DNA of 64,000 nt from Candidatus Spongiisociaceae bacterium (GCA_965219685.1 CBDCOH010000002.1:2752001-2816000), one strand, 5' to 3'. Shown: positions 29,196 to 39,660, counted from the first letter of the stretch. The notes: a model not told the origin generated them from the letters alone. A program made the numbers and translations.

Positions 29196-30545
29196 GCCAA
29201 GTATCTCGGCGATCCTCTCAGCGTTAACTCGGAGCATCCCGATGAGGCTGTCTGCGCCCGAACCGGGTTCGCCGAGCGATCCGGTATAGAGTTCCACCAC
29301 CGCCACGTCGGAACCGGCCTCAGCCGCGAGTGCCTCTGCCAGCGCGGTGGACTCGATCGTCTCGGCGAAGATCGCCCGAACCCCTTCCTCCTGGATCCGC
29401 TCCACCAGGGCAGCAAGTTCTGCGGAACTGGGATCCGCCAGCGTCGCCCCGCCCGGAATAACCGTATCGACGATCTCGAAGCCGTACCTTGCCGCGAAGT
29501 AGCCGAGAGCATCATGGTTGGTGATCAGCTTGCGGTCCTCGGCGTGAACCGGAGCGAGGATTGACCTGATCTCCTCGTCAAGCGCCTCGAGTTCTGAAGC
29601 GTAGGACTCGGCCCGGCCTTCCCAATCGATCGACGGATCGAGCGCTGTCAACTGCTCGGCGATCAGGTGAGCGGCCTTGGCGACGCGCAGCGGATCCAAC
29701 CAGAAGTGGGGATCCCCACCAGTGTGGGCGTGCCCCTCATCCTCGTCATGGCCCTCATCCTCATCATGCTCATGACCCTCATCCTCATCATGGCCCTCAT
29801 CCTCATCATGCTCATGACCCTCATCCTCATCATGGCCCTCATCCTCATCATGGCCCTCATCCTCATCATGCTCATGACCCTCATCCTCATCATGGCCCTC
29901 ATCCTCATCATGCTCATGACCCTCATCCTCATCATGACCCTCATCCTCATCATGGCCCTCATCCTCATCGTGCTCATGACCCTCATCCTCGTCATGACCC
30001 TCATCTTCGTCATGACCCTCGTCCTCATGCTCATGACCCTCATCCTCGTCATGCTCCCCCATATGCTCGTCATGCTCACCCTCGTCCTCATGGGCATGGG
30101 CGCCTCCGGCGAACGGCAAGGGATCGAGCAGGTCGCCGACCTCCAGCAGGTTCACGCCGTCTGCTTCGGCTGCTTCCAGCACGTCGATGAGCCCCTCCTC
30201 CAACTGGATCCCGTTGGACACCACGAGGTCCGCGTCGTGCAGTAGGGCCACCTGGGCGGCCGAAGCCCGGTAGTCGTGCGGATCGGCGCCCACGGGGAGC
30301 AGCACGACCAGGTCAGCGTCGGTGCCCACTATGTTCGACACGATGTCACCCAGGATCGTGGTGGTCACCACGACCATGAGGCGTGACGACTCCGCGGCCG
30401 CGCCGGATTCACTCTCGCTTGCAGATGCTGCATCCGAGGTCGCCTCGGCGGTCGTTGCCACTTCTTCTCCGTCCGAACCGCAGGCCGCAAAGAGCAGCAG
30501 GCAAGCGAACATCCAAGACAGGCTACGGTTCCGGAGGGTGGTCAC
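29193..30545 (-). CDS. Zn ABC substrate-binding lipoprotein (ZnuA/AztC) with very long His/acidic loop
   Basis: Lipobox FAAC, GADPHDY, ~120-aa (HDEDEG/HEHDEDEG)n loop, DPHFWLDP, TNHDALGYF. Confidence 0.9.
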   Translation of the reverse strand: MTTLRNRSLSWMFACLLLFAACGSDGEEVATTAEATSDAASASESESGAAAESSRLMVVVTTTILGDIVSNIVGTDADLVVLLPVGADPHDYRASAAQVALLHDADLVVSNGIQLEEGLIDVLEAAEADGVNLLEVGDLLDPLPFAGGAHAHEDEGEHDEHMGEHDEDEGHEHEDEGHDEDEGHDEDEGHEHDEDEGHDEDEGHDEDEGHEHDEDEGHDEDEGHEHDEDEGHDEDEGHDEDEGHEHDEDEGHDEDEGHEHDEDEGHDEDEGHAHTGGDPHFWLDPLRVAKAAHLIAEQLTALDPSIDWEGRAESYASELEALDEEIRSILAPVHAEDRKLITNHDALGYFAARYGFEIVDTVIPGGATLADPSSAELAALVERIQEEGVRAIFAETIESTALAEALAAEAGSDVAVVELYTGSLGEPGSGADSLIGMLRVNAERIAEILG

Positions 30546-30562
30546 GGGTATTCCTTTCTGGG

Positions 30563-30584
30563 AAAAATGAGAATAAGTATTATA
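30563..30584. promoter_or_regulatory. Zur/Fur-like box overlapping the znuA-like promoter
   Basis: AAAATGAGAATAAGTATTATA; TATAAT on the minus strand; shares AATGAGAAT with the boxes upstream of the CDF. Confidence 0.5.
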
Positions 30585-30650
30585 ACTATGGAGGACGGGA
30601 CTGCAACAAGGTCAAGACCAGGACGGATGGATCGGTCGGTGGCGAGGCGG

Positions 30651-31079
30651 TCACTCCCGCATCCGATGACCGTCCTCGGGGCCGGCGCCCGGCCCTACCA
30701 GTAACGCGACCGGGGAGAACTCAGCCGCGGCGGTGGCTTCCATCGTTATCTCCCGGAACCCCAGGACGGCCGTCCTCAACCGCGCGGTGACGACGGCCGT
30801 TCTGGGACCGTATCCGGGGTCATAGGGGCAGGAGCACCGGACGAGCCGAGCGCCGTTGGCGCGCACCAGACGATCCGCCTCCTCTGAGGGCGAGCCGGTG
30901 GCGCCGAAGGGACGGAACGTCACCGGTGCGGCGGCGAGCGCCCCGGCCTCCGCGGCTGCTACCACCTTCTCCCTCGCCAGGACGACCTGTCCTATCGCGG
31001 CTAGGCCGTACATCAGCACCAACCCGAGTACGACCACACCAACCGCAGCAATCGCCGCCGAGCCTCGCTCCGATCTCAT
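30651..31079 (-). CDS. TadE-like/Rv3654c-family pseudopilin
   Basis: ERGSA N-terminus, TM, AAAEAGALAAA, ANGARLVRC. Confidence 0.75.
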   Translation of the reverse strand: MRSERGSAAIAAVGVVVLGLVLMYGLAAIGQVVLAREKVVAAAEAGALAAAPVTFRPFGATGSPSEEADRLVRANGARLVRCSCPYDPGYGPRTAVVTARLRTAVLGFREITMEATAAAEFSPVALLVGPGAGPEDGHRMRE

Positions 31080-31453
31080 CCGTTGCCTGAGGGAACCTCG
31101 ACCCTCATCGCAGTGGTCGACTCGAGCGGCACCCGGAGTCCTCCCAGGGCCGGGAGAACGGTGTGGCTGATCGCAACAGTGACCCGGGCCTGGCCGCCCA
31201 CCACCGGCGGGCGCGAGACTGTGACCCTCGCGCGTCGTCCGAGTTCCTCGCCGAGCGCAGTCCGGGCCGCCTTGATCGCCCTGGCCGGATCGGGGGCGAC
31301 GGCGGCCACGCGAGCACCCTCACGTGACGCCGTCGCCAGATGCAGGGAAGTCCTCGCCATTACCGCCACCTCGACAACCCCGACGATGAGGAGGAAGAGC
31401 AGTGGCATGACGAGGACGAACTCCATGGTGGCCGAACCTCCTTCCGCCCTCAG
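31076..31453 (-). CDS. TadE-family pseudopilin
   Basis: EGGSATMEFVLVMP...ASREGARVAA; start at 31453 or 31426. Confidence 0.75.
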   Translation of the reverse strand: MRAEGGSATMEFVLVMPLLFLLIVGVVEVAVMARTSLHLATASREGARVAAVAPDPARAIKAARTALGEELGRRARVTVSRPPVVGGQARVTVAISHTVLPALGGLRVPLESTTAMRVEVPSGNG

Positions 31454-31650
31454 CCGATGAGCCCGTGGATGCCGCGCACCACCGCGCCGAAGAACTTTCC
31501 GAACAGGCTCGTCTTGTTGATCCACGCCAACAGCAGCGATGCCAGCCCGGCCGCGCACATACCTACCAGGGTGTACTCGACGGTTGCCTGACCTTCTTCT
31601 CCGGCGACAGCGCGGATCGCACGACGGACCATACGGGTGATTGCATTCAT
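31450..31650 (-). CDS. Flp-like pilin (DUF4244)
   Basis: EEGQATVEY prepilin motif followed by a TM. Confidence 0.8.
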   Translation of the reverse strand: MNAITRMVRRAIRAVAGEEGQATVEYTLVGMCAAGLASLLLAWINKTSLFGKFFGAVVRGIHGLIG

Positions 31651-31718
31651 TGTGGGTTTCCTTTCTCCCGCCGCGGCGGGTAGACCGGCGTCCGGCCGGT
31701 GCGGGGGGAAGTGACATC

Positions 31719-32360
31719 TCAGAAACTCACGATGGGGCCCAGGAGGCGCACCATCGAAGGCAGGACCAGCGGCCCGACCATGAGGATCAGCAAGCCGGGG
31801 AGCATCAGCAACGTGAGCGGGAGAACCATCTTCACGGGAAGGCGTCGGGCCCTCTCCACCGCTGCCGCCCGGGCCGCTGCCCGGTGCTCGGTGGCCAGGG
31901 CGGTCAATGCCAGACCGAGTGGCGCTCCCGAGAGTTGCGCCGCTCCCACCTGGCGGAACATGCGACCACCGACACCGCCCGAGTTCAGTAGCGAAGCGGC
32001 GAGGCCCTCCTGTACGGACCGACGCAGGACCTGATCCACCTCGTCACGAAGTTGGGACTCGAGAGCCTCCCGCGCCAGGAGCAGGGCCGCGGCAGGTGAT
32101 AGACCACCCGACAGTCCTATGAGCATCGAATGCGTCAGGAGTTCGATCTCACCCTGCGCCGACTGGCGGGCAACGCGTGCCTCTCTCAACGCTCGCTGAC
32201 GCTTGAACGCGAACCAGAACACGGCGGCACCGGCTCCGGCAACGGGATTGGAGAGGCCTATGGCAGCGCCGGCGGCGGCCACCAGGCGGAGTCCGGTCGG
32301 GTAGACGGACAGGACTCCGTAGACCACGCCCGCGACGGCTAGAACCGTGAACCGGGTCAC
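31719..32360 (-). CDS. Tad secretion platform protein TadC
   Basis: ARRLPVKMVLPLTLLMLPG T2SSF motif. Confidence 0.8.
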   Translation of the reverse strand: MTRFTVLAVAGVVYGVLSVYPTGLRLVAAAGAAIGLSNPVAGAGAAVFWFAFKRQRALREARVARQSAQGEIELLTHSMLIGLSGGLSPAAALLLAREALESQLRDEVDQVLRRSVQEGLAASLLNSGGVGGRMFRQVGAAQLSGAPLGLALTALATEHRAAARAAAVERARRLPVKMVLPLTLLMLPGLLILMVGPLVLPSMVRLLGPIVSF

Positions 32361-33043
32361 GAGAGCCTCCTGCCGATCGCCAGGGTCATCACACCCCCGG
32401 AGAGAAGGAGCAGGGAGCCGACCCCGACCAGGATGGGGCCGATCCGGCCCAGAGCCATGAGATCGGATAGCGAACCGGTGATCAGGGCGGCGGCCAGGCC
32501 GAAGACAGGTACCGCGGTGAGCACCACGACTGACGCTCGCGCGGTCGCGCCGGCCGCTCTGGTCTCCCTTGCCAGTTCGATCCGGTCAGCCTGGATACCG
32601 GCCAGGGTGGCGAAGGCCGAGGCCACCTGCCCGCCGCTCTCCGCCCCGATTCGCATTGCCGCGGCAGCAAGACGACCGGTTGCGGGCAGAGCCTCGGATG
32701 CGGCCTCAGCGACTTCGCCCATCGGGCGTCCCGACCGGGCAAGTCGCACGACGTAGGCCAGATCGAGCCCGGGCGCCCTCACGCGTGCCTCGACCAGGGC
32801 GTGGCGAAGGCTGCGCCCGGCCCGTAGCTCGGCGCTCACCGCCTGCAGGTAGGCGACTTCCTGGAATGGATCGGATCTGCGGGCACGGAGACCCATCCAG
32901 GTCGCGAGACCCAGGCCGGCCAGGCTCGCCCACCACGGCAGGAGGACGGCCGCGCCCAGCGCAAGGGGTTCCCAGAATCGTCGCGGCCGTAGCGCGACCC
33001 CGACCGCGACCATCGCCGCGATCAACACCGCGACTCCCGGCAT
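32357..33043 (-). CDS. Tad secretion platform protein TadB
   Basis: AELRAGRSL, AESGG, ARASVVVL. Confidence 0.75.
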   Translation of the reverse strand: MPGVAVLIAAMVAVGVALRPRRFWEPLALGAAVLLPWWASLAGLGLATWMGLRARRSDPFQEVAYLQAVSAELRAGRSLRHALVEARVRAPGLDLAYVVRLARSGRPMGEVAEAASEALPATGRLAAAAMRIGAESGGQVASAFATLAGIQADRIELARETRAAGATARASVVVLTAVPVFGLAAALITGSLSDLMALGRIGPILVGVGSLLLLSGGVMTLAIGRRLS

Positions 33044-34077
33044 CCATCCTGGTCCACCTCGGCGATAACCTCGATGCGACGGTGAGCATCCCGCCGGGTC
33101 AGATGGACGATGAGGTCGACGCCCGAGCGGAGCTGGCGGCGAACCGCCACCTCCCCCACACCCTCGCCCGACAGAGCCAGGGTCTCGAGTCGCCAGAGCG
33201 CGTCTTCGGGACCGTTGGCATGAACGGTGGAAAGGCTGCCGTCATGACCGGTGTTCATAGCGGCGATCATGTCCAGGGCCTCGGGGCCTCTGACCTCGCC
33301 GACCACGATCCGGTCAGGCCGAAGGCGCAACGCAGTACGGACCAGATCGGCGAGAGTCACCCGACCCCGGCCCTCGGCGTTGGGAGGGCGCGCCTCGAGA
33401 CGCACTACGTGACCGCGAAAGCGGAGCTCGGCTGCATCCTCGACGGTAACGATCCGCTCTCCGGCGGGTACGGTGGCCGCGAGCGCGTTGAGCAGGGTCG
33501 TCTTTCCGGTCCCTGTGCCGCCACTCACGACAATGTTCTTCCTGTCCACGACGGCTCGGTGGAGATAGGACCGTTGGCCGGTGGTCATCGAACCCCAGTC
33601 GACAAAAGTATCCAGGTCGGGGGCCACTGCGGTGAAACGTCGGATCGCGACGACCGGACCTTCTACGGAGACCGGCGGGATCACGGCGTGCAGACGGCTT
33701 CCGTCCGGCAACCGGGCACTGAGCAGCGGGCTCGCCCGGTCGAGGCGAAGACCCAGCGGGCCGATGGTGCGCTCGACGGCCGCCAGGACCGCGGCGTCGT
33801 CGACAAACACCACGTCAGTCGGTTCCAGGACGCCGCCTCGCTCCACCCACACCTGGTCCGGACCGTTGACGAAGACATCCGACACGGCCGGATCCCGGAA
33901 CAGGGGCTCTAACGGACCCATCCCCACCAGGTTGTCAACCACGAGATCCACCGTCTGGGGCGAGGCCAGTGGCGACTCGATGGAGAGGATGCGCCTCACC
34001 TCGGCCTCCGCTCCTTCGCGGCTCAACTCGACATCGGACTCGAGAACCCGTCGCAGGACACGGTCGACTACGGCCAT
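33022..34077 (-). CDS. tadA: Tad/CpaF ATPase
   Basis: [39 protein letters not shown]. Confidence 0.92.
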   Translation of the reverse strand: MAVVDRVLRRVLESDVELSREGAEAEVRRILSIESPLASPQTVDLVVDNLVGMGPLEPLFRDPAVSDVFVNGPDQVWVERGGVLEPTDVVFVDDAAVLAAVERTIGPLGLRLDRASPLLSARLPDGSRLHAVIPPVSVEGPVVAIRRFTAVAPDLDTFVDWGSMTTGQRSYLHRAVVDRKNIVVSGGTGTGKTTLLNALAATVPAGERIVTVEDAAELRFRGHVVRLEARPPNAEGRGRVTLADLVRTALRLRPDRIVVGEVRGPEALDMIAAMNTGHDGSLSTVHANGPEDALWRLETLALSGEGVGEVAVRRQLRSGVDLIVHLTRRDAHRRIEVIAEVDQDGCRESRC

Positions 34078-34598
34078 GGCCATCTCCAGACTCCCGCCCA
34101 GGAGCGAAGCCATCTGCCGGCGGGCGCTCTCCGGGCGATCACCGATGCGATCGCGGTGCGATCCGGGCAGTTGACAACGGGACCGGGTCCAGGCTTGACC
34201 CTTGCTATCCCTGTTCGGACCCACACCCGCGGTCTTGCCTTGGTGTTGACCCCAGGCATCAAGGGCGCCACCTCCGCGAAGGGGATCCCGGGAATCGGCT
34301 TGCGAGCCCTGACCACCACGCACGGCCACGAGTCGACCAGCGCCGAAACCACCGGCGCAGCCGACGCGACATCGATTCCCCCATGGGGCAGTACGGCAAC
34401 CCCCGATCTCGGAGGAACCAGTTCGGCCAGGGTCGGCTCCTCCTCCACCAGGCGCGCAAGGGTCCGGTTGCCGGGCAGGGGAATGCCGTCCAGGTCGAGA
34501 TCGATGACAAGCACCGTCCTCTGGAACGAGGCCAGGGCAAAGGGCGCCACCACACCGAGGACGTCGTCGTGCAGGGTATGGACGGCTAGCGCCACCAT
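34068..34598 (-). CDS. Truncated Ssd/TadZ-like protein
   Basis: Syntenic ssd position; VLVIDLD motif but no Walker A; 176 aa. Confidence 0.55.
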   Translation of the reverse strand: MVALAVHTLHDDVLGVVAPFALASFQRTVLVIDLDLDGIPLPGNRTLARLVEEEPTLAELVPPRSGVAVLPHGGIDVASAAPVVSALVDSWPCVVVRARKPIPGIPFAEVAPLMPGVNTKARPRVWVRTGIARVKPGPGPVVNCPDRTAIASVIARRAPAGRWLRSWAGVWRWPWP

Positions 34599-34806
34599 TT
34601 CCCATCTCGTTCCGGACAACAAGGATGATGGCTTGGTTGTCGATAGTTTGTATTTGTTAACATACCGCCAATGTACCGCACCGGTAGGCCGGTGTGAACC
34701 CCCTTGTCTTGCGGGTGGCGAAGAAAACCTCAACGGTCGGATTGGCGCGACACCGGACAACCTCCCGGCGGGCGCACAAGCGGCTCCCCTACGAGCGGGC
34801 CGTAGA

Positions 34807-35634
34807 ATGCACAAGGTGATCGCGACCCCCCACACCGGGAAGGCTGCCGCCTTCTTCGACCTGGACAAGACCGTCATCGCCAGGTCCTCGACCCTGGCGT
34901 TCGTCCGGCCCCTCCGGAAGGCGGGAATGCTGAGCCACCGGGCCGTACTGAAGGCCGCCGTGGCGCAGGCCATCTATCGAACCGTCGGCGCCGACCAGGC
35001 GAAGCTCGACCGGCTGCGGGATCAACTGGTCGGCATGAGCAAGGGCTGGAAGGCAGACCGGATCCGCCGCCTGGTGCAGGAAACCGTCGATGAAGTCATC
35101 TCTCCGCTCGTCTATGCCGAGGCGTTGGCCCTGATGGACGCGCACCGGCGGGAGGGCCGGAAGATCGTCATAGTTTCCATCTCCCCCGAGGAGGTGGTCC
35201 GTCCGCTGGCCGGGTACATCGGGGTGGACCACGTGATCGCGACCCGCTCTGCGGTGGACGAGGATGGTCGTTACGCCGGGCGGATCGCCTTCTACGCCAC
35301 GGGAGAGGCGAAGGCGGAGGCCGTTCGTAGCTTGGCCCTGCAGTGGAGTCTGGACCTGGAACGATGTTTCGGCTACTCGGATAGCTCGACCGACCTGCCC
35401 ATGCTCGAGGCCGTGGGACGACCCGTCGCCGTCAACCCGGATCGCGCTCTCCGGGCGGTCGCGACCGAGCGGGGCTGGCCGGTAGTCGAGTTCGACAGCC
35501 CGGTGACGCTGCGGACCCGTCTCCAGACCCTCCCCAGGCCCGGCGCACCCTTGGTGTCCGGGACCGCATTGGCCACCGCAGTGGTCGGCGCAGTGGCGCT
35601 GTGGGCGTTGAAGGCCCGGCAGAGAGCTACGTGA
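34807..35634 (+). CDS. HAD-IB hydrolase (Rv3661-like)
   Basis: AAFFDLDKTVIARSS, GYSDSSTDLPMLEAVG, VNPD; divergent from the tad locus. Confidence 0.88.
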   Translation: MHKVIATPHTGKAAAFFDLDKTVIARSSTLAFVRPLRKAGMLSHRAVLKAAVAQAIYRTVGADQAKLDRLRDQLVGMSKGWKADRIRRLVQETVDEVISPLVYAEALALMDAHRREGRKIVIVSISPEEVVRPLAGYIGVDHVIATRSAVDEDGRYAGRIAFYATGEAKAEAVRSLALQWSLDLERCFGYSDSSTDLPMLEAVGRPVAVNPDRALRAVATERGWPVVEFDSPVTLRTRLQTLPRPGAPLVSGTALATAVVGAVALWALKARQRAT

Positions 35635-35722
35635 GCCGCGCATGCCGGCCGGGGCGTGAATAGGATTCCGGGGATGGGCGGCGTCCGACACCCCAGGCCC
35701 GAGCCTCCTGCCACGTCGAGCG

Positions 35723-36628
35723 ATGTCGCCTAGCGCCAGGCGGATCCTGTCCTTCCTCGGGATCCTGGCGGTTCTGATTGCGGCGTGGGAAGGTTACAAG
35801 TGGATGGGCACCGCGACGGGCGGCGTCTGGCCCGGTACCGGTGTCCAGCTACCGGTGCGCACCAACGAGCGTTCGATGCCCCACACGTGGGACGTGGTCA
35901 TCGCCCTCCTCCGCCCGGCACGCCGGGGGGGTGACATGCTGCTGCTGGTCCTCCTGCGGGCCGCTCTCTTCACCTGGCGCTCCGCCCTCCTCGGGTTCCT
36001 GCTGGGGAGCGCGGTCGGTTTCGGGCTCGGCGTGTTGTTCGTGCGTTCGGCCCTCGCCGAGCGCGGCCTGATGCCCCACGTGGTTGCCTCCCAGACCGTT
36101 CCCATCCTCGCCATCGCTCCGATTCTGGTGGTCTGGGCCGGTCGCCTGAACATCTCCCGCTGGCTGGTGGTGGCGGTGGTCTCGGCCTATCTGGCCTTCT
36201 TCCCCGTCGCCATCAACACGCTGCGGGGGCTGCGCTCGCCTGACGCAACCGCGTCCGAGCTCATGCGGTCCTACGCGGCCACACCGAGCCAGGTGCTGTG
36301 GAAGCTCCAGGTGCCCGCAGCGCTGCCGTACCTCTTTCCCGCCCTCAAGATCGCCGCGACCGCCTCGATCATCGGCGCCATCGTCGGGGAACTACCCGCC
36401 AGCATGCCCGACGGACTGGGCCGGGCCATACTCAACTTCGCCGCGGCCTTCTCCGCCGCCCCGGAGAAGCTCTTCGCGTCGATCCTCGTCGCCTCGCTGG
36501 TGGGTATAGGGTTTGTCGGCATCGTGGTCCTCGCCGAGCGAGTCCTGATACCGCCCTCCCGGCGATTGGAAGACGTCAGCGATGCGGCGGGGTCACGGGG
36601 CGGTGGTCCGAAGGAGGTAGTCGCATGA
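35723..36628 (+). CDS. NitT/TauT-type ABC permease (pyrimidine uptake)
   Basis: SQTVPILAIAP, LPYLFPALK, GAIVGE. Confidence 0.85.
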   Translation: MSPSARRILSFLGILAVLIAAWEGYKWMGTATGGVWPGTGVQLPVRTNERSMPHTWDVVIALLRPARRGGDMLLLVLLRAALFTWRSALLGFLLGSAVGFGLGVLFVRSALAERGLMPHVVASQTVPILAIAPILVVWAGRLNISRWLVVAVVSAYLAFFPVAINTLRGLRSPDATASELMRSYAATPSQVLWKLQVPAALPYLFPALKIAATASIIGAIVGELPASMPDGLGRAILNFAAAFSAAPEKLFASILVASLVGIGFVGIVVLAERVLIPPSRRLEDVSDAAGSRGGGPKEVVA

Positions 36629-37398
36629 GCGCGCTCGACCTGCGCGGGGTCGACAAGGTTTTCAACCCCGGCTCGGACCATGAGGTACGAGCAGTCCACG
36701 GCATTGACCTCCAAGTGGAGCGAGGGGAGTTCATCTCCGTCATCGGACCGTCCGGATGCGGGAAGTCGACCCTCCTGCGGCTGATCGGAGACCTCACCCC
36801 GCCCACCGCCGGCACCGTGTCGGTCAACGGCAAGACCCCTGCCCAGGCGCGGCTCGACCGCGACTACGGCATGGTGTTCCAGTCTTCCACCCTTCTGGAT
36901 TGGCGAAAGGTGCAGGCCAATGTGGAACTTCCGCTCGAGATCATGGGAATGGAGACCGCCGAACGCGCGCGGCAGGCGGCGGCCATGCTCGAGTTGGTCC
37001 AACTCGAGCAGTTCGCCGGCCATTACCCGTGGCAGCTGTCGGGGGGGATGCAACAACGGGTAGCCATCGCCAGAGCCCTGGCCTTCAAGCCCTCCCTGCT
37101 GCTCATGGACGAACCCTTCGGGGCTCTTGACGAGATGACCCGCGAGCGGATGCAGTACGAGTTGCTTCGCATCCGGGCCGAGACGGGAACGACGGTGGTG
37201 TTCGTCACCCACTCCATTCCCGAGGCCGTGTTCCTGTCGACCCGGGTCGTGATCATGTCGCCCCGTCCCGGAAGCATCACCGAGGTGGTGGAGATCGACC
37301 TCCCGGAGCCGCGCTCCTACGAGACCCGCGAGGACCAACGATTCTTCGAACTGCTCACCAGCGTCCGTGAGGGACTGAGGGCCGTGGAGGCGTTGTGA
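36625..37398 (+). CDS. NitT/TauT-type ABC ATPase
   Basis: GPSGCGKST, YPWQLSGGMQQR, MDEPFGALD. Confidence 0.9.
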   Translation: MSALDLRGVDKVFNPGSDHEVRAVHGIDLQVERGEFISVIGPSGCGKSTLLRLIGDLTPPTAGTVSVNGKTPAQARLDRDYGMVFQSSTLLDWRKVQANVELPLEIMGMETAERARQAAAMLELVQLEQFAGHYPWQLSGGMQQRVAIARALAFKPSLLLMDEPFGALDEMTRERMQYELLRIRAETGTTVVFVTHSIPEAVFLSTRVVIMSPRPGSITEVVEIDLPEPRSYETREDQRFFELLTSVREGLRAVEAL

Positions 37399-38183
37399 CC
37401 AAGCATCGGGACTTCCTAGCGAAGGTCTACTACCGGCTCCCCGCCATCGGGATCTTCGTGGGCGGGCTGATCATCTGGGAGACGGTCGTGAGAGCCTTCA
37501 ACATCAAGGGTTTCATCCTCCCGGCGCCCACCGCGATCGCCACCACGTTCGCTACCGAGACCTCCGACCTGCTAGCCGCCGGAGCCGGGACCTTCTCGAC
37601 CGCGCTGGCCGGCTTGTTGCTTGGCAGCGTCGTGGCGGTGCTGACAGCCCTGGCGGCTGCTCGGTGGCGCTTCGTGCGCGACGGGGCCCTTCCCTTCGCG
37701 ATCGCGGCCAACTCGACCCCGATCATCGTGCTGGCGCCGATCGCCAACTCCTGGTTCGGGCTCCGGAGCCCGTTCGGCTCGATCTTCGTCGTCGCGATCC
37801 TGGTGTTCTTCCCGGTGATGATCAACCTCGTTCGCGGACTCCTCTCGGTCGAGGCCTCGCAGATCGAGCTGATGGACTCCTACGCAGCCGGCCGGCGCAC
37901 CACCCTGTGGAAGCTGCAACTACCGAACGCCGCCCCTTACCTCTTCTCCGCGCTGAAGGTGGCCGCCGCGCTGAGCCTCATCGGCGCCATCGTCAAGGAG
38001 TTCTTCGGAGGATCCCAGGAACGGCTCGGCCAGTACATCACCACCAAGGCGGGACTCCTCCAGTTCGAGGAGGCTTGGGCGGCGATCGTACTGGCCTCCG
38101 TGTTCGGCATCGCGCTGTACAACGTCGTGGTGCTGGTCGAACGCCGGATCATCCCCTGGCACGTGTCCGTTCGCAACGCCTGA
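37395..38183 (+). CDS. NitT/TauT-type ABC permease
   Basis: FILPAP, FFPVMIN, PYLFSALK. Confidence 0.85.
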   Translation: MTKHRDFLAKVYYRLPAIGIFVGGLIIWETVVRAFNIKGFILPAPTAIATTFATETSDLLAAGAGTFSTALAGLLLGSVVAVLTALAAARWRFVRDGALPFAIAANSTPIIVLAPIANSWFGLRSPFGSIFVVAILVFFPVMINLVRGLLSVEASQIELMDSYAAGRRTTLWKLQLPNAAPYLFSALKVAAALSLIGAIVKEFFGGSQERLGQYITTKAGLLQFEEAWAAIVLASVFGIALYNVVVLVERRIIPWHVSVRNA

Positions 38184-38407
38184 ACACCCCCGGGCAGACG
38201 AACGCGGCGATTCGTCGACAGCGTTCCCGTTTCAGTCGTCACCGGGTATGAAAGAGCGGCTATCCTTCCGCGTTTCCCCCGAAGGGCGCTGTCAAACCGG
38301 GGTGGAGCGTGGCTGCGGCGCCGCTCTGTGTCCAGGAGGGTCCGAAGGATCGCTGTGGCGGCGGACGATGGGGCGCCGGACGGGCGGAGCACTATGAAGG
38401 GAGCGAA

Positions 38408-39490
38408 ATGAGGAGATTTCGAGTAGTCACCGCGCTGGTGGCGGCACTGGCACTGCTTTTAGTCGCCTGCGCCGAGGACGAGGCTGAACTTACCCCGATC
38501 AACCTGCAGCTCCAATGGGTGGCGCAGGCACAGTTCGCCGGCTACTACGCGGCTGTCGATCAGGGGTTCTACGCCGACGAAGGACTGGACGTGACCATCC
38601 TCGAAGGCGCGGTCGAGATCGTCCCCCAACAGGTCGTGGCGACCGGAGGCGCCGAGTTCGGCCTTGCCTGGGTTCCCAAGGCCCTGGTCTCGAACGAGGA
38701 GGGCGCCGGCCTGGTGAACGTCGGCCAGGTGTTCCAGCGGTCCGGGACGCTGATGGTCTCATGGGCCGACTCCGGTATCAGTTCACCGAGCGACTGGGAA
38801 GGCAAGATCGTCGGAAACTGGGGATTCGGGAACGAGTACGAGTTGACGGCCGCCATCGAGAAGTTCGGTGTGAACGTGGACGAACTGGTCGCGCAGAGCT
38901 TCGACATGGAAGCGCTGCTCAACCGGGAGATCGATGCTGCCGAGGCGATGATCTACAACGAGTACGCCCAGGTCCTGGAGGCGACCAACCCCGATACGGG
39001 CGAGTTGTACCAGCCCTCCGACCTCAGCGTGATCGACTTCAACGACCCGTCGATTGCGACGGCGATGCTCCAGGACGCCATCTGGGTGACGGAGACGTAT
39101 GCAGACGAGAACGCCGAGACCGTCGAAGCCTTCCTGCGGGCCAGTTTCCGTGGATGGATCTACTGCCGTGACAACCCGGACAGTTGCGTGGACATCGTCC
39201 TCGCGGCCGGACCCACTCTGGGGCGAAGCCACCAGGCCTGGCAGATGAACGAGATCAACGGCCTCATCTGGCCGTCACCCCTCGGCATCGGCGTCATGGA
39301 CGGAGCCCTGTGGCAGCAGACCATCGACGTGGCCACCAGCCAGGGAGTGATCCAGGGCGTTCCGGGCGCCGGCTCGTACCGGACCGACTTCGCCCAGAGC
39401 GCGGTGGACGCGCTGGAGGACGATGGACTCGACACGGTCGGCAACAACTGGCGACGGGTCGACGTCCAGCTGAACCCGGGCGGCGAGTAG
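38408..39490 (+). CDS. NMT1/THI5-like substrate-binding lipoprotein
   Basis: Lipobox LVAC, LQLQWVAQAQFAGYY, WGFGNE, AMIYNEY. Confidence 0.88.
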   Translation: MRRFRVVTALVAALALLLVACAEDEAELTPINLQLQWVAQAQFAGYYAAVDQGFYADEGLDVTILEGAVEIVPQQVVATGGAEFGLAWVPKALVSNEEGAGLVNVGQVFQRSGTLMVSWADSGISSPSDWEGKIVGNWGFGNEYELTAAIEKFGVNVDELVAQSFDMEALLNREIDAAEAMIYNEYAQVLEATNPDTGELYQPSDLSVIDFNDPSIATAMLQDAIWVTETYADENAETVEAFLRASFRGWIYCRDNPDSCVDIVLAAGPTLGRSHQAWQMNEINGLIWPSPLGIGVMDGALWQQTIDVATSQGVIQGVPGAGSYRTDFAQSAVDALEDDGLDTVGNNWRRVDVQLNPGGE

Positions 39491-39660
39491 TACCCGGATC
39501 GACGCTCAACAATCCAGAAGGGACAGCGAACCGACAGAACCGGCTCGCATGATCGGCGGGACCGTGCCGGGCGAATGGTCACGGTCCCGCCCATACCCGA
39601 CGGCAAGCCGTCCGGTTGCGCTCTCCCGATGAAGAGAACCAGGGGATCGGAGAGATAGCT

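Noticed and set aside
29663-30245. Met/Arg-rich and Leu/Ile/Met-rich repeat ORFs
   Set aside because: Alternative frames of the His-loop repeat in the ZnuA-like gene
30651-34598. Conjugative element
   Set aside because: Standard chromosomal actinobacterial tad locus; no relaxase, integrase or coupling protein
35635-35722. Ms1 RNA at its usual position after the HAD-IB gene
   Set aside because: Only 88 bp available, too short for a 200-300 nt RNA
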